Assembly (NCBI GenBank): GCA_963772365.1
Contig: CAVYXA010000003.1
Location: 160,001 to 224,000 of the forward strand
DNA length: 64,000 bases
Source of the DNA: an uncultured Verrucomicrobiae bacterium
GTDB taxonomy: Bacteria > Verrucomicrobiota > Verrucomicrobiia > Chthoniobacterales > UBA10450
Reading direction: 5' to 3'
The notes below the pieces were generated by a model. It saw nothing but the letters and a program-made list of their open reading frames with translations. It was not told the origin of the DNA and did not search any database. This document shows positions 20,505-30,671 of the stretch, one piece after another (the stretch's first letter is position 1; every line of letters begins with the position of its first letter). Both the position numbers and the translations under genes were made by a program.

Positions 20505-21449
20505 ATGAGACGGAGAATCGCGGTGGTTGGTGCGGGCGTCTCGGGCCTCAGTTGCGCCGTTTCTTTTGCGGAGCGGGGAATTCGCACCACGATTTTTGCC
20601 GAGGAAAGTGGACAGCGAACAACCTCAGCTGTTGCCGCGGCGATCTGGTTTCCGTACGATGCCGAGCCCGCAGCGAAAGTAATTCCATGGGCGCTCGAAA
20701 CCTACAGAACGCTTGTCGATCTTGCGCGAGACGCGAGTAGCGGTGTTTCGATGATCGAGCTGCGCCAATTTTCGCGAAGTGCTCACATCGAGATTCCGGA
20801 TTGGGCGAGCAAGCTCGGCGCGCGCCGCGTTTCGCTCCTCCCGCAGTTTCCGGACGGACTCGCCATTAATGTTCCGCTGATGGATACCACAATTTATCTC
20901 GACTATCTCGCGCGCCGGTTTTCCGCAGCCGGAGGCGCAATTCATTCCGGCGTGCGTTTGGAGCAGTTGGGGGATATCGATCTTGCATTCGATCTAATCA
21001 TTAATTGTGCGGGAGTGGGCGCGCGTAAGTTGGTCGGCGATGTCGATGTTGAGCCGCACCGCGGCCAGGTGGTGATCGTGCCCAAGATCGACAAGTTATC
21101 GTGCGCGATTGCCTGTGATGAGGCGCCGCTCTTTTACGCCATTCCGCGCAAGAAGGATTGTGTGCTGGGCGGAACAAATGATCTGAGTGATGATCTGGAC
21201 GTTGATCCTCAAGCCACGGCTCATATTCTTGCCGAGATGAGCCGCGCGCTGAATCTTGGCGAACCGAAAATTCTTGCGGAGCGAGTTGGCCTTCGCCCAT
21301 TTCGGCGCACGGGCGTTCGTTTGGAATCGGATCGTTTGCAGGACGATCGCGCCGTGATTCACAATTATGGGCATGGTGGGTCTGGCTTCACTCTTTCCTG
21401 GGGATGCGCGAAAAAAGTTCTCGAACTCGCGAAAGCGATTCTGGGTTGA
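20505..21449 (+). CDS. FAD-dependent D-amino acid oxidase family protein
   Basis: IAVVGAGVSG, INCAGVGA, PHRGQV, VGLRPFR, IHNYGHGGSGFTLSWG. Confidence 0.85.
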   Translation: MRRRIAVVGAGVSGLSCAVSFAERGIRTTIFAEESGQRTTSAVAAAIWFPYDAEPAAKVIPWALETYRTLVDLARDASSGVSMIELRQFSRSAHIEIPDWASKLGARRVSLLPQFPDGLAINVPLMDTTIYLDYLARRFSAAGGAIHSGVRLEQLGDIDLAFDLIINCAGVGARKLVGDVDVEPHRGQVVIVPKIDKLSCAIACDEAPLFYAIPRKKDCVLGGTNDLSDDLDVDPQATAHILAEMSRALNLGEPKILAERVGLRPFRRTGVRLESDRLQDDRAVIHNYGHGGSGFTLSWGCAKKVLELAKAILG

Positions 21450-21487
21450 GCATTGAAGGTTGGGCGTTGAGCGTTGAACGTTTGCCG

Positions 21488-22576
21488 ATGGAAACGGAAA
21501 CGCCGGCCGGGCCTGATCCGGCGCGCCCGGCGGTCGCGCCCTACCAACTCGGTTATCGAATGCCGGCGGAATGGGAACCGCACGCGGCGACCTGGCTTTC
21601 CTGGCCGCGCCGGGAAGGGATCAGTTTTCCCGAATCGTTTGATCGCGTCCTGCCCACGTTGCGCGCGATGGTGGAAGCGCTGGTCGAGAGCGAACCCGTC
21701 TGCATTAATGTTTGCAACGGCGCGCACGAAGCGGAAGCGCGGAACGTCTTGAAAGATGTCGATCTTGGGCGTGTCACTTTTTATCGGATACCAACCAACG
21801 AGCCGTGGTGCCGCGATCACGGTCCGATTTTTTTGACGCGCGATGCGAAGCCGAAGTTCGCCACCGGACGGATTCGCCGCGGCGAACTGGCGATTGTCGA
21901 TTGGGATTACAACGCCTGGGGGAATAAATATCCGCCATTCGATTTGGATGAGGTCGTGCCCACGCGCGTAGCCGAAATTTTGAAGGTGCCAGTATTTTAT
22001 CCGCAGATGATTCTGGAAGGCGGTTCGATCGACGTGAACGGTGCCGGCGCGCTGCTGACGAGCGAATCGTGTCTGCTAAATAAAAATCGAAACCCGAGAC
22101 TCTCGCGAGAAGAAATCGAACAACGGCTGCGGGAGTTTCTCGGCGTTCGCGATATTCTGTGGCTGGGCGACGGAATTGCCGGCGACGACACAGATGGCCA
22201 CATCGACGACCTGGCTCGCTTTGTTTCCGAAACGAGAGTCGTGACCGTGGTCGAAGAAAATCGAGATGACGAAAACTTCGAGCCGCTTCAGGAAAACCTT
22301 AGCCGCCTGAGCGGATTCGGACTCGAGATCGTGACATTGCCGATGCCGAAAAAGATTGTGCGGGAAGGTCTGCGGCTGCCAGCCAGCTACGCAAACTTCT
22401 ACATTAGCAATGGATGCGTACTGGTACCGACTTTCGCGGATCCTGCCGATGAATCGGCGTTGTCGATCCTGCGCGATCTCTTTCCAGATCGCCGCATCAT
22501 TGGGATCGATTGCCGCGAACTGATCTGGGGCCTGGGCACATTTCACTGTCTCACCCAGCAACAACCCGCCGTTTAG
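21488..22576 (+). CDS. aguA: Agmatine deiminase family protein
   Basis: RMPAEWEPH, WCRDHGP, LEGGSIDVNG, DTDGHID, GLGTFHCLTQQQP. Confidence 0.88.
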   Translation: METETPAGPDPARPAVAPYQLGYRMPAEWEPHAATWLSWPRREGISFPESFDRVLPTLRAMVEALVESEPVCINVCNGAHEAEARNVLKDVDLGRVTFYRIPTNEPWCRDHGPIFLTRDAKPKFATGRIRRGELAIVDWDYNAWGNKYPPFDLDEVVPTRVAEILKVPVFYPQMILEGGSIDVNGAGALLTSESCLLNKNRNPRLSREEIEQRLREFLGVRDILWLGDGIAGDDTDGHIDDLARFVSETRVVTVVEENRDDENFEPLQENLSRLSGFGLEIVTLPMPKKIVREGLRLPASYANFYISNGCVLVPTFADPADESALSILRDLFPDRRIIGIDCRELIWGLGTFHCLTQQQPAV

Positions 22577-22741
22577 GGGCGCAAGTTGCAAACTCGCGCC
22601 ATCAAACAGTGAACGTCCAGCCTTGAGCGTTTTGTGCGCTACTTAGACGCCAGTTTCGTGAACTGCTCTACTCGAATTCGAAACGTGTGCTTACCTTTTG
22701 GGTTTGCACCGCTTGCTCTTTCAGACTCGCAGTCAGAATCG

Positions 22742-23782
22742 TTATAGCCTGGCAAAAAATTCCGACAATTGGCTGCGAATGGATTGAAAAGAAAACCTTT
22801 CCATCGCCCGCCACTGCGCTTCGATGATGAGGGTAGCGCGGGAACCTGTGTCGGCCAATAATCCGGCGGCGATTTTAGTCAGGTCATTTATGCTTCGACC
22901 TTCGCCGCAGGTTTTTGCGAAAGCGATCCGTTCGACCGTGCCATCACCGCCCACGCACATTGTCCGGGCAAGAAGAGCGTCGCCTGCCACCTGGCCCGGC
23001 ACACGGCTTCGGTCCAGTTGAAGAACGATCTTGTGTCGCGCCATTTGCCGCAGGTAATCGGCGTAGGGCTTTTTCTCCTCGACGACATGCAGTTTACCGG
23101 CAGGAAATTTGAGTTCCGCCAGCATTCGCCGGCCTTTCCACCGGTCCAGATTGACTACTGTCACCCCTTCTCCAGTTGCATCGCAGAGCTGTCGGGCCAT
23201 GAGCAACGCGGCAAGATGATTTCGCGATGGAACATTCCATTCCCGGGTGCCGACGAAAATACCGGTCTGATCGTTAGGCGGGATCGACATATCCCATTGT
23301 CGATCTTCCAACGGATAGGGAGTTGGAATAAAGGCCACGGTCGTCGGGTCACGTTTCAAGCGCACCCGCCAGTAAATCTCCGCGGCATCGGCTGTAGTGG
23401 CGATGCAACCATTCGCTTCGTCCACGATTCTCATGAATCGCGCCAGTCTGGTCCGATTGGACATTTGGCGCGCGATCTGGTGGAGCCCCGTCTCCTTGAG
23501 AGAAACGACAACTTTAAATTCATGCTTCCTCAATTCCCGGAAAGCGCGCTCCGAAGTGCGAAAATCGCCGCGCAACAACAGCAAGACAGGCAGGCCTTCA
23601 GCGAGCGTCCGTTGAACATCGCGATGGAAAAAACCGCGGGTGCAGGCGGCAAAGCCATGGAAATTCACGGGCGGGTGCGCCGAATCAACCGGCCCGGTTT
23701 CTTCGCGAAAATCCTGGTCCGGATCGCGGCCACCGGGATTTAAAACGCTTAACCGAAATTCATCTGTCTGAACAGACGTCAT
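22742..23782 (-). CDS. Conserved hypothetical protein, possibly glycosyltransferase-like
   Basis: 346-aa ORF 3 bp downstream of PBP1A; the C-terminal YLRQMARHKIVLQLD..PGQVAGDALL resembles a GT-B donor-binding region. Confidence 0.5.
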   Translation of the reverse strand: MTSVQTDEFRLSVLNPGGRDPDQDFREETGPVDSAHPPVNFHGFAACTRGFFHRDVQRTLAEGLPVLLLLRGDFRTSERAFRELRKHEFKVVVSLKETGLHQIARQMSNRTRLARFMRIVDEANGCIATTADAAEIYWRVRLKRDPTTVAFIPTPYPLEDRQWDMSIPPNDQTGIFVGTREWNVPSRNHLAALLMARQLCDATGEGVTVVNLDRWKGRRMLAELKFPAGKLHVVEEKKPYADYLRQMARHKIVLQLDRSRVPGQVAGDALLARTMCVGGDGTVERIAFAKTCGEGRSINDLTKIAAGLLADTGSRATLIIEAQWRAMERFSFQSIRSQLSEFFARL

Positions 23783-23785
23783 TAG

Positions 23786-26330
23786 TTAGTCGCCGAAATT
23801 GCCATCGCCGGGAGACGGAGTCTGGTTTTTCAAGAGCGTATTATCGAGATCTTCATCCAGCGGTCGCACCGGCATGGCTTTGCGAATCTCCGCCGGCGTT
23901 TCCTCCGCTGGTTCGACCGGCTGCGCTTTGGGAATGACCTCCGTGCCGGCGTTTTCGTTGTTGTCGATCTTCTCTTCGGTCGGAGTTTCTACCGGGATCG
24001 CCGGCTCGATCGGATGCTCAGTCTCGGGTGGAGGAGTTGGTGCCCTAACAGAATTGTAAGGATCTTTGGCGGCGAGAAGATCGGGCGTCTTGATGATCAC
24101 AGGCTGCACCTCGCTCAGATCGACGGCCAATTGCGCGCGAGGCAAGTCGGTCTCTGGCAAATCGTGGACCAAACGAATACGCGGTTCGCCATGGACGTTG
24201 CAGGGCTCCGTTGGCAGTTGCGAAGCCGTCCCGATCTCCATGTAAGTGCAACGCCGCTGCACTACGCCATGGGGCGTGTTGACGCTGTCGTAACATTTGT
24301 CGGTGGCGAGTAAACCGGAACGCGCGCAGATCTCCGCGCGCTTCAGGTCCGCCGGCTTCTGAATTTCCTTCGGCGGATAATGCGCCGCCGCCGCGTTCAT
24401 GATGTCCACCCAGACTGGCAACGCGATTTCACGACCGAAAGCGCCGCGATAGATCTTTTGCGGTTTGTCGAATCCGGCCCAGACGGCGCAGGTGAGATTG
24501 CTGTCGTAGCCGGCGAAAAGCGCGTCGGTGAAGTCGTAGGCGGTGCCGGTCTTGCCTGCTGTCGGGAATTTTTTCAAACCAAATTCTGTGCGCGCGGATT
24601 TGCCGGTCCCGTAGTTGAGAGCATCGACAAGACAGGAGTGAACCTCGTAGGCTGTTTCGGGTTTGACTACGTTGCGTCGGTGTCGCTCCTGGTTGGACTG
24701 CCAGACCACCATTCCGTCTTTTTCCTCGATCCGCTCCAGAATGTGCAACTCCTGCGGTCGCCAGCCACCGTTGGGAAAAATCGTGTAGGCCAATGCCAGC
24801 TCGGCCAGAGTGATCTCGCTGGTGCCGAGAAACGTGGCCGGATACGGCCTGAGATTGGAATGGACCCCGGCCGATCGACAAAGTTGCAATACCGGATCGA
24901 TACCAACGTTCATGCCGATGCGGATGGTGGCGCCATCTTTGGATTTGGCCAGCGCTTCGCGCGCCGGGATCGCGCCTTCGTAACGATTGTCCGGGTTTTC
25001 CGGGCCCCATTCTCCCAGGATGCCGGTCGTACCGCCGATCATGACCGCGCGATTATCCAGCGGCGAATCTTCCACTACCGTACCCGGATACATTCCGTTT
25101 TCGAAAGCTGCCGCGTAAACGAACGGCAGCATCGCCGTGCCGACCGGGCGCTTTGCCTGCAGAGCGCGATCATATTGATTATGCTCGAAGTCGCGCCCTC
25201 CAATCAGGTACTCGAATCCCGCCCGTTTCATTATCGATTCCGATGACTGCGCCCTGCAAATATTCCGGGGCTGGAGGTTTGCCGTTGCTGTTTGTTGTTT
25301 CCTTCCGAAGATTCGCGGCGAACTGCGCATAGGTCTGGTGATCATAGCCGGGATGTTGCTCGGCCCGGTCCAGACTGCGGCGCAACGATTCTTCGGCGAC
25401 TTTCTGTAAATCGGCATCCAGTGTGGTGTGAATGCGAAAGCCTTCGTTCATCGCCCGGTCCCATCCGACAGCGTCGATCACTTTCTGCCGAATATAATCG
25501 ACTGCGTAATTTTGCCCCTGCGCGTCCTGCCGGTCGCCCACAACGATCTTCTCGGCCCTGGCGTTGGCCCAACGATTTTGATCGATAAATTCGAGATCGC
25601 GCATCCTGTTCAGTACATAATTGCGCGCGTCACGCGACGCGGTGAGATCCGTCCACGGGGATAATCGATTGGGACTCTTGATCAAACCGGCCAATGTGGC
25701 GCATTCCGCGAGCGTCAGATCCTTGGCGTGTTTATTGAAATATCCCCGCGCGGCCGCTTCCGCGCCGTACAAACCGCCGCCGAAATAAATTCGATTGAGA
25801 TACAGCTCCATGATTTTTTGTTTGCCGAAACGGTCCTCGATCCGGCGGGCGAGAAAAATCTCGAGCAGCTTGCGGTGAAAAGTCCTTTGCTTGAGCGAAA
25901 AAGTATTGCGTGCCAGTTGCTGTGTGATCGTGCTGGCTCCCTGACGGACATGTCCGGCCACAAGGTTTTTTAACGTGGCCCGCGCGATCCCGAATAAATC
26001 GTAACCATGATGCCGGTAAAATTTTGAGTCCTCAACGGCGACCACGGCATTGACCAAATCGCGCGGCAACTGCTCGTAGGGAACCGTTTCGCGGTTCTCG
26101 ACATAAATCTGGCCAAAAATTTTGTTGTTACGATCGACAATTACGCTGGCCGACTCCATCTGATCGAGTTTGCTTAGATCATAAGTCTCAGCTTCTGCGC
26201 TGAGTTTGGCCGCGAGCAGAAGACCGTAAACCAGTGCCCCGCAGCCGAGCAGGATGACAATCGCAGCCGAAATATAAAATAGCGGCTTGCGATACCACGG
26301 CGTCCGGAAACGATAACCGGGTGGCGGCAT
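23786..26330 (-). CDS. Class A penicillin-binding protein (PBP1A family), frameshift near 25230
   Basis: Transglycosylase motifs EDSKF, GASTITQQL and YLNRIYFG; transpeptidase AGKTGT; Pro/Glu-rich tail. Confidence 0.88.
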
Positions 26331-26430
26331 CAGATGTGGGCTGGAGGTTCTCACTGTCGATGTAGATTAGATTGGTCTAAGCGGCGCAACTTAGGTTGCT
26401 GCTTCAACGATTCAACGATTTACCGTTTCT

Positions 26431-27495
26431 ATGCCAACAGGCAACGAGGCCTTAATCGAAATTATTCGCCAAACGATTCGTTCACACGGGCCGCAATCGT
26501 TCGACTGGTTCATGCAACAGGCCCTTTATCATCCCGAGCATGGATATTATGCCAGCGGACGCGCCCGTATCGGACGAAAGGGCGACTACTTCACAAACGT
26601 CAGCGTCGGTCCGTTATTCGGCAAATTGTTAGCCGCGCAATTCAAGGAAATCTGGGAACAGCTCGGGAGGATCGACCCGCCTTCCCAAAGCTCCGGCGCG
26701 GCTGGCAATTTCCTGATCGTCGAGCAAGGCGCTCATGATGGCCAGTTCGCCTGCGACGTTCTTGGGGCGATCCAGGAACACACACCCAAATTTTTTGCCG
26801 CGTTGCGTTATCGAATCATCGAGCCGTTTGCGGTGTGGAAGGATCGACAACGGCAAAACCTCGGCCCGTTTCGTGACAAGGTGGAATGGCGCGATGCTCT
26901 CGAGCCTTTTACTGGCATCCATTTCTCGAACGAACTCCTCGACGCCATGCCGGTCCGATTATTTGAAAATGGAATGGAGAAATTTATCGATATTCGGAAC
27001 GGTGAGTTTGTGTTGTTGACTCGCGAATCGAAAAGTCGGCGCCCGTTTAATCAGGCAGCGCTCGATTGGATCGACAATGTAGCGGCGAAGTTGCAGCGCG
27101 GTTACATCCTCACAATCGATTACGGACGCGAGTGTTCCGAGCCGCCCCGCGATGTCCAGGTTCGGGCGCAACATCGACATCTGGATTCGCCATTGGAACA
27201 AATCGGCGAGGCAGATATTACCGCGCCGGTGGATTGGACTGGCATTATCAGTCGGGCCAGCCAGGCGGGTCTGGATTTGGCCGGATTCACGGACCAACAT
27301 CATTTCCTTACCGGGATCCTTTCGACCTGGCCCGATCTCCTCGCCCGAGTGAATCCAAAGATGAGCCGTGAGCTGAAAACGTTGCTTCATCCGGAGATGC
27401 TGGGGCGCAGTTTCCATGTGCTGGCATTATCAAAGAATGTGAATCGTGGCCTGCCATTAGCTGGTTTTCAGTTGGCCGGAACGCTTTCCCGGTAA
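26431..27495 (+). CDS. SAM-dependent methyltransferase, MidA/NDUFAF7 family
   Basis: FMQQALYHPEHGYY, GDYFT, FSNELLDAMP, IDYG and DITAPVDW motifs. Confidence 0.85.
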   Translation: MPTGNEALIEIIRQTIRSHGPQSFDWFMQQALYHPEHGYYASGRARIGRKGDYFTNVSVGPLFGKLLAAQFKEIWEQLGRIDPPSQSSGAAGNFLIVEQGAHDGQFACDVLGAIQEHTPKFFAALRYRIIEPFAVWKDRQRQNLGPFRDKVEWRDALEPFTGIHFSNELLDAMPVRLFENGMEKFIDIRNGEFVLLTRESKSRRPFNQAALDWIDNVAAKLQRGYILTIDYGRECSEPPRDVQVRAQHRHLDSPLEQIGEADITAPVDWTGIISRASQAGLDLAGFTDQHHFLTGILSTWPDLLARVNPKMSRELKTLLHPEMLGRSFHVLALSKNVNRGLPLAGFQLAGTLSR

Positions 27496-27568
27496 TTTTC
27501 CGTTTGCAATGATGAACAATGGAGATTCTTGTCTCGCTGGTTCGCAGCTGGGATTTTTCATTTCCGGG

Positions 27569-28387
27569 ATGAAACGTTTTCTCTTTCGCATTCCTTTTTT
27601 ATTTGTCGTCTTTCCCGCGTATTGCTTTGGCCTCAACGGCGTGGTGAATATGTCGCACTACGACACGATGCGGGCCGATTTTGCGCGGATGAAAGCGGAA
27701 GGCATTATCGGAGTCATTCATGAGGCGAGTTATCCGCGATACGAGCGGGACGCCTATTATGCGGCCAGACAGAATGCTGCGACGCGAGCCGGATTACTGT
27801 GGGGCGCCTATCATTACGGTAACGGGAACGATCCGATTCGGCAGGCAGATCACTTCCTGCAAATTGTCTCAAGCGCGTGGGAACGGTCTGACCCGGCTGG
27901 TCAGCCGGACGGCATCCTGTTAGTGTTGGATTTCGAAAAGAACGGGCATTATCCAGGTCGCAGCATGCGGCTCGACCAAGCCGTTGCTTTTGTGGAGAGA
28001 ATTCGGGAACGCACCGGGAAATATCCCGGAATTTACTCGGGCGAATATCATCTACGACAGGTGCTGAAAAGCCCGAGGATCAGCGGAAGCCAAAAGCGAG
28101 TGCTGACGAATTGCTGGTTGTGGCTTGCGAATTATGGCGCAAGACCGGAACCGACTTTGCCGTGGACTCGCTGGCATCTCTGGCAGTATTGCGGCGATGG
28201 GATCTGCCGATTGCCTCGTCGATCCTATCCCAAAAGTGTGGCTAACATCATCAAAGCCGAGCGAAATATTTTTTCTGGAAGCCGCACAGAACTGGAAGCG
28301 TTTTGGCATGACCATGCTTGGCAGCCAGGGGCAGGAACTCCGCGACGCAACGCCGAATCCGTAATGACATTAACTGCCGAGCGATGA
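27569..28387 (+). CDS. GH25 muramidase (lysozyme M1-like)
   Basis: Signal peptide, GLLWGAYHY, LVLDFE, YPGIYS, LWLANY and WHLWQY. Confidence 0.8.
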   Translation: MKRFLFRIPFLFVVFPAYCFGLNGVVNMSHYDTMRADFARMKAEGIIGVIHEASYPRYERDAYYAARQNAATRAGLLWGAYHYGNGNDPIRQADHFLQIVSSAWERSDPAGQPDGILLVLDFEKNGHYPGRSMRLDQAVAFVERIRERTGKYPGIYSGEYHLRQVLKSPRISGSQKRVLTNCWLWLANYGARPEPTLPWTRWHLWQYCGDGICRLPRRSYPKSVANIIKAERNIFSGSRTELEAFWHDHAWQPGAGTPRRNAESVMTLTAER

Positions 28388-28542
28388 TTCGAGCGGCGGA
28401 ATCCGGGTTATTCTGGTGCGCCGTCAGATCACAACGACTCGCGAGCGCAAAATTTCTCGACAATTAACGGAAATTCGGCTAAGCCACATGCCGATAATGC
28501 GCTCTTAGATTCACACGGGAGCGCTTAACAAAATCCGCCTCT

Positions 28543-30513
28543 ATGATTCATCGCATTCGAATTCCCGCCGTTATTTTCGCCGGTTTCCTTCTGTCTTCAC
28601 TATCATGCGCAGCGTCTGGTCTGGCTCCTGTTTGGGACCCTACTAGCTCGGGACCATTGGAAAGATACGACAATCCGCCCATTTACATTTACCGGACGGA
28701 GACGTCGCCACGAATGGTGTCGCGGTTTGGCTCGTTCATAAGTTATCAGGCAAATGTTGATGCGAACGGGAACAATATTGTCGGCGACGCGGCCAATGAG
28801 CCATCGATCGCTGTCGATCCTGCAAATCGCAACAACATGGTGATCACCTGGCGGCAATTCGATAGTGTGTTCTCGAATTTCCGGGAGTCCGGTTGGGCTT
28901 ATACCAGCAACGCCGGCGTGAACTGGACCTTCCCGGGTGTTCTGCAGGACAATATTTTCCGCAGCGATCCGGTGGCAGACGCCGATGAAACCGGCCGATT
29001 TTTCTATCTCAGTCTTCAATCCGACACGAACCAATCGTTTTTTTGCGATGACGTGTGGCGTTCAACAAACGGTGGCCAAAGCTGGACTCAAGGAGGGCCG
29101 GGGCACGGAGGAGACAAGGAATGGTTCACCATCGATACGACGAATAGTAGCGGGCACGGCTTTCAGTACCAATATTGGACCGCTTTCTTCAATTGCGATG
29201 GGGGAGCATTCAGCCGATCCACCGACGGCGGCATCAGTTGGATGACTCCGATTGGCACACCCAATAATATTCAGCACGGAACGCTCGATGTTGATACGAA
29301 CGGCAATATGTTTCTTGGCGGCGTAGTTGGGAATGGTTTTCAGTGCATCCGGTCGAGCAACGCCAAGAACGGGGGCGTTACACCGACGTTCGATCGAATC
29401 ACTTCGGTCAACCTCGGAGGTAGCGAAGTGGGTGGCGGAATAAATCCCGCCGGTCTTATCGGTCAGGCATTTCTGGCAGTGGACCGTTCCGGCACTGCGA
29501 CCAACAACTACATTTACATGCTGTGTAGTGTTCAACCGACCGGCGCGAACAACGGCAGCGATGTGATGTTTTCGCGGAGCACGGATGGCGGAGTGACCTT
29601 TAGCGCGCCGCACCGGATCAACGACGATCCCGTAAACCATAACAAATGGCACTGGTTTGGCACGCTGGCAGTTGCGCCTAACGGACGGATCGATTGTGTG
29701 TGGCTCGACACCCGCAATGCCGCCAACAACACCGATTCGCAACTATTCTACTCATACAGCACCGATGGCGGCGCGACGTGGGCGGCCAATCTCGCCGTGA
29801 GCAATTCTTTTATTCCTTCCGAAGGTTATCCGAATCAGAACAAAATCGGCGATTACATCACGATCGTGTCGGACAATACCGGCGGCAATGTGGCCTATTC
29901 GGCCACGTTCAATTTCAACGCGAGCCGTGGTCAGCACGAAGAGGACGTTTATTACGTGCGAGTGGCACCGCCGGGACTGCCGGTGGCGCAAAGTGCTGTG
30001 TCGCGAAAAGTACATGGAGGAGCCGGCACCTTCGATGTCGATCTTGGAGTAAGCGGGCCGCCGGGAATCGAATGTCGCAGTGGCGGAGCCACCAACGATT
30101 ATACGATAGTGGTGACTTTCGCTGATCCCGTGACAGTGAACGGAAATCCGCAAGCGCAGGTGATCGCCGGAACGGGAATTGTCGGCAGCGGCGGAGTAAG
30201 CAATGGCGGCATGGTGACAGTGAGCGGTAACACGGTCACGATTCCTTTGACCAATGTAGCCAACGCGCAGACGATCACGGTGCGACTTAATTCAGTAAAT
30301 GGCGTAGCCAATGTGGATATTGGAATGAGTGTGTTAGTGGGCGACGTGAATGGAAATGCGACAGTAAATTCTTCCGATGTCAGCCAGACGAAGTCGCAGA
30401 TCGGTCAGGCAGTAACCGGATCCAATTTCCGAACGGACGTAAACGCCAACGGCACGATTAATTCCACTGATGCTTCGCAAGTAAAAGCAAACGTCGGGAC
30501 GGGCCTGCCGTAA
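28543..30513 (+). CDS. Secreted BNR/Asp-box beta-propeller protein with C-terminal beta-rich plus dockerin-like module (paralogue 1)
   Basis: Signal peptide; several S-T-[DN]-G-G-x-[ST]-[WF] Asp boxes; GDVNGNATVNSSD...DVNANGTINSTD. Confidence 0.85.
   Translation: MIHRIRIPAVIFAGFLLSSLSCAASGLAPVWDPTSSGPLERYDNPPIYIYRTETSPRMVSRFGSFISYQANVDANGNNIVGDAANEPSIAVDPANRNNMVITWRQFDSVFSNFRESGWAYTSNAGVNWTFPGVLQDNIFRSDPVADADETGRFFYLSLQSDTNQSFFCDDVWRSTNGGQSWTQGGPGHGGDKEWFTIDTTNSSGHGFQYQYWTAFFNCDGGAFSRSTDGGISWMTPIGTPNNIQHGTLDVDTNGNMFLGGVVGNGFQCIRSSNAKNGGVTPTFDRITSVNLGGSEVGGGINPAGLIGQAFLAVDRSGTATNNYIYMLCSVQPTGANNGSDVMFSRSTDGGVTFSAPHRINDDPVNHNKWHWFGTLAVAPNGRIDCVWLDTRNAANNTDSQLFYSYSTDGGATWAANLAVSNSFIPSEGYPNQNKIGDYITIVSDNTGGNVAYSATFNFNASRGQHEEDVYYVRVAPPGLPVAQSAVSRKVHGGAGTFDVDLGVSGPPGIECRSGGATNDYTIVVTFADPVTVNGNPQAQVIAGTGIVGSGGVSNGGMVTVSGNTVTIPLTNVANAQTITVRLNSVNGVANVDIGMSVLVGDVNGNATVNSSDVSQTKSQIGQAVTGSNFRTDVNANGTINSTDASQVKANVGTGLP
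29911..30497 (+). repeat. Direct repeat, identical to 33724-34310 and similar to about 35763-36349
   Basis: Read-through comparison at offset 3813 found no mismatch over about 587 bp. Confidence 0.85.
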
Positions 30514-30528
30514 GCAGCATTGCCATGT

Positions 30529-30562
30529 GAAGGTCAGCTCCAGTTGTGGCGGACCTTTTTAC
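30529..30562 (+). terminator. Probable intrinsic terminator
   Basis: aaggtc...gacctt stem followed by a T run, directly after the stop codon. Confidence 0.45.
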
Positions 30563-30575
30563 GCAAAAAGAAAGA

Positions 30576-30605
30576 TTGACATTCAAGGTCTGGTCTCAAT
30601 AGCCT
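30576..30605 (+). promoter_or_regulatory. Candidate sigma-70 promoter of the Kelch gene
   Basis: TTGACA-N18-TAGCCT in an AT-rich intergenic region. Confidence 0.45.
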
Positions 30606-30671
30606 TCAAAATGTCGCACGGCAACGTGGCGGCACGTTCAGAATTTAAAAAAAATCTAGGAAACCATTAAA

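Noticed and set aside
29980..30510. Cellulosome
   Set aside because: Dockerin-like loops are present, but there is no cohesin scaffoldin or cellulase domain in the window.
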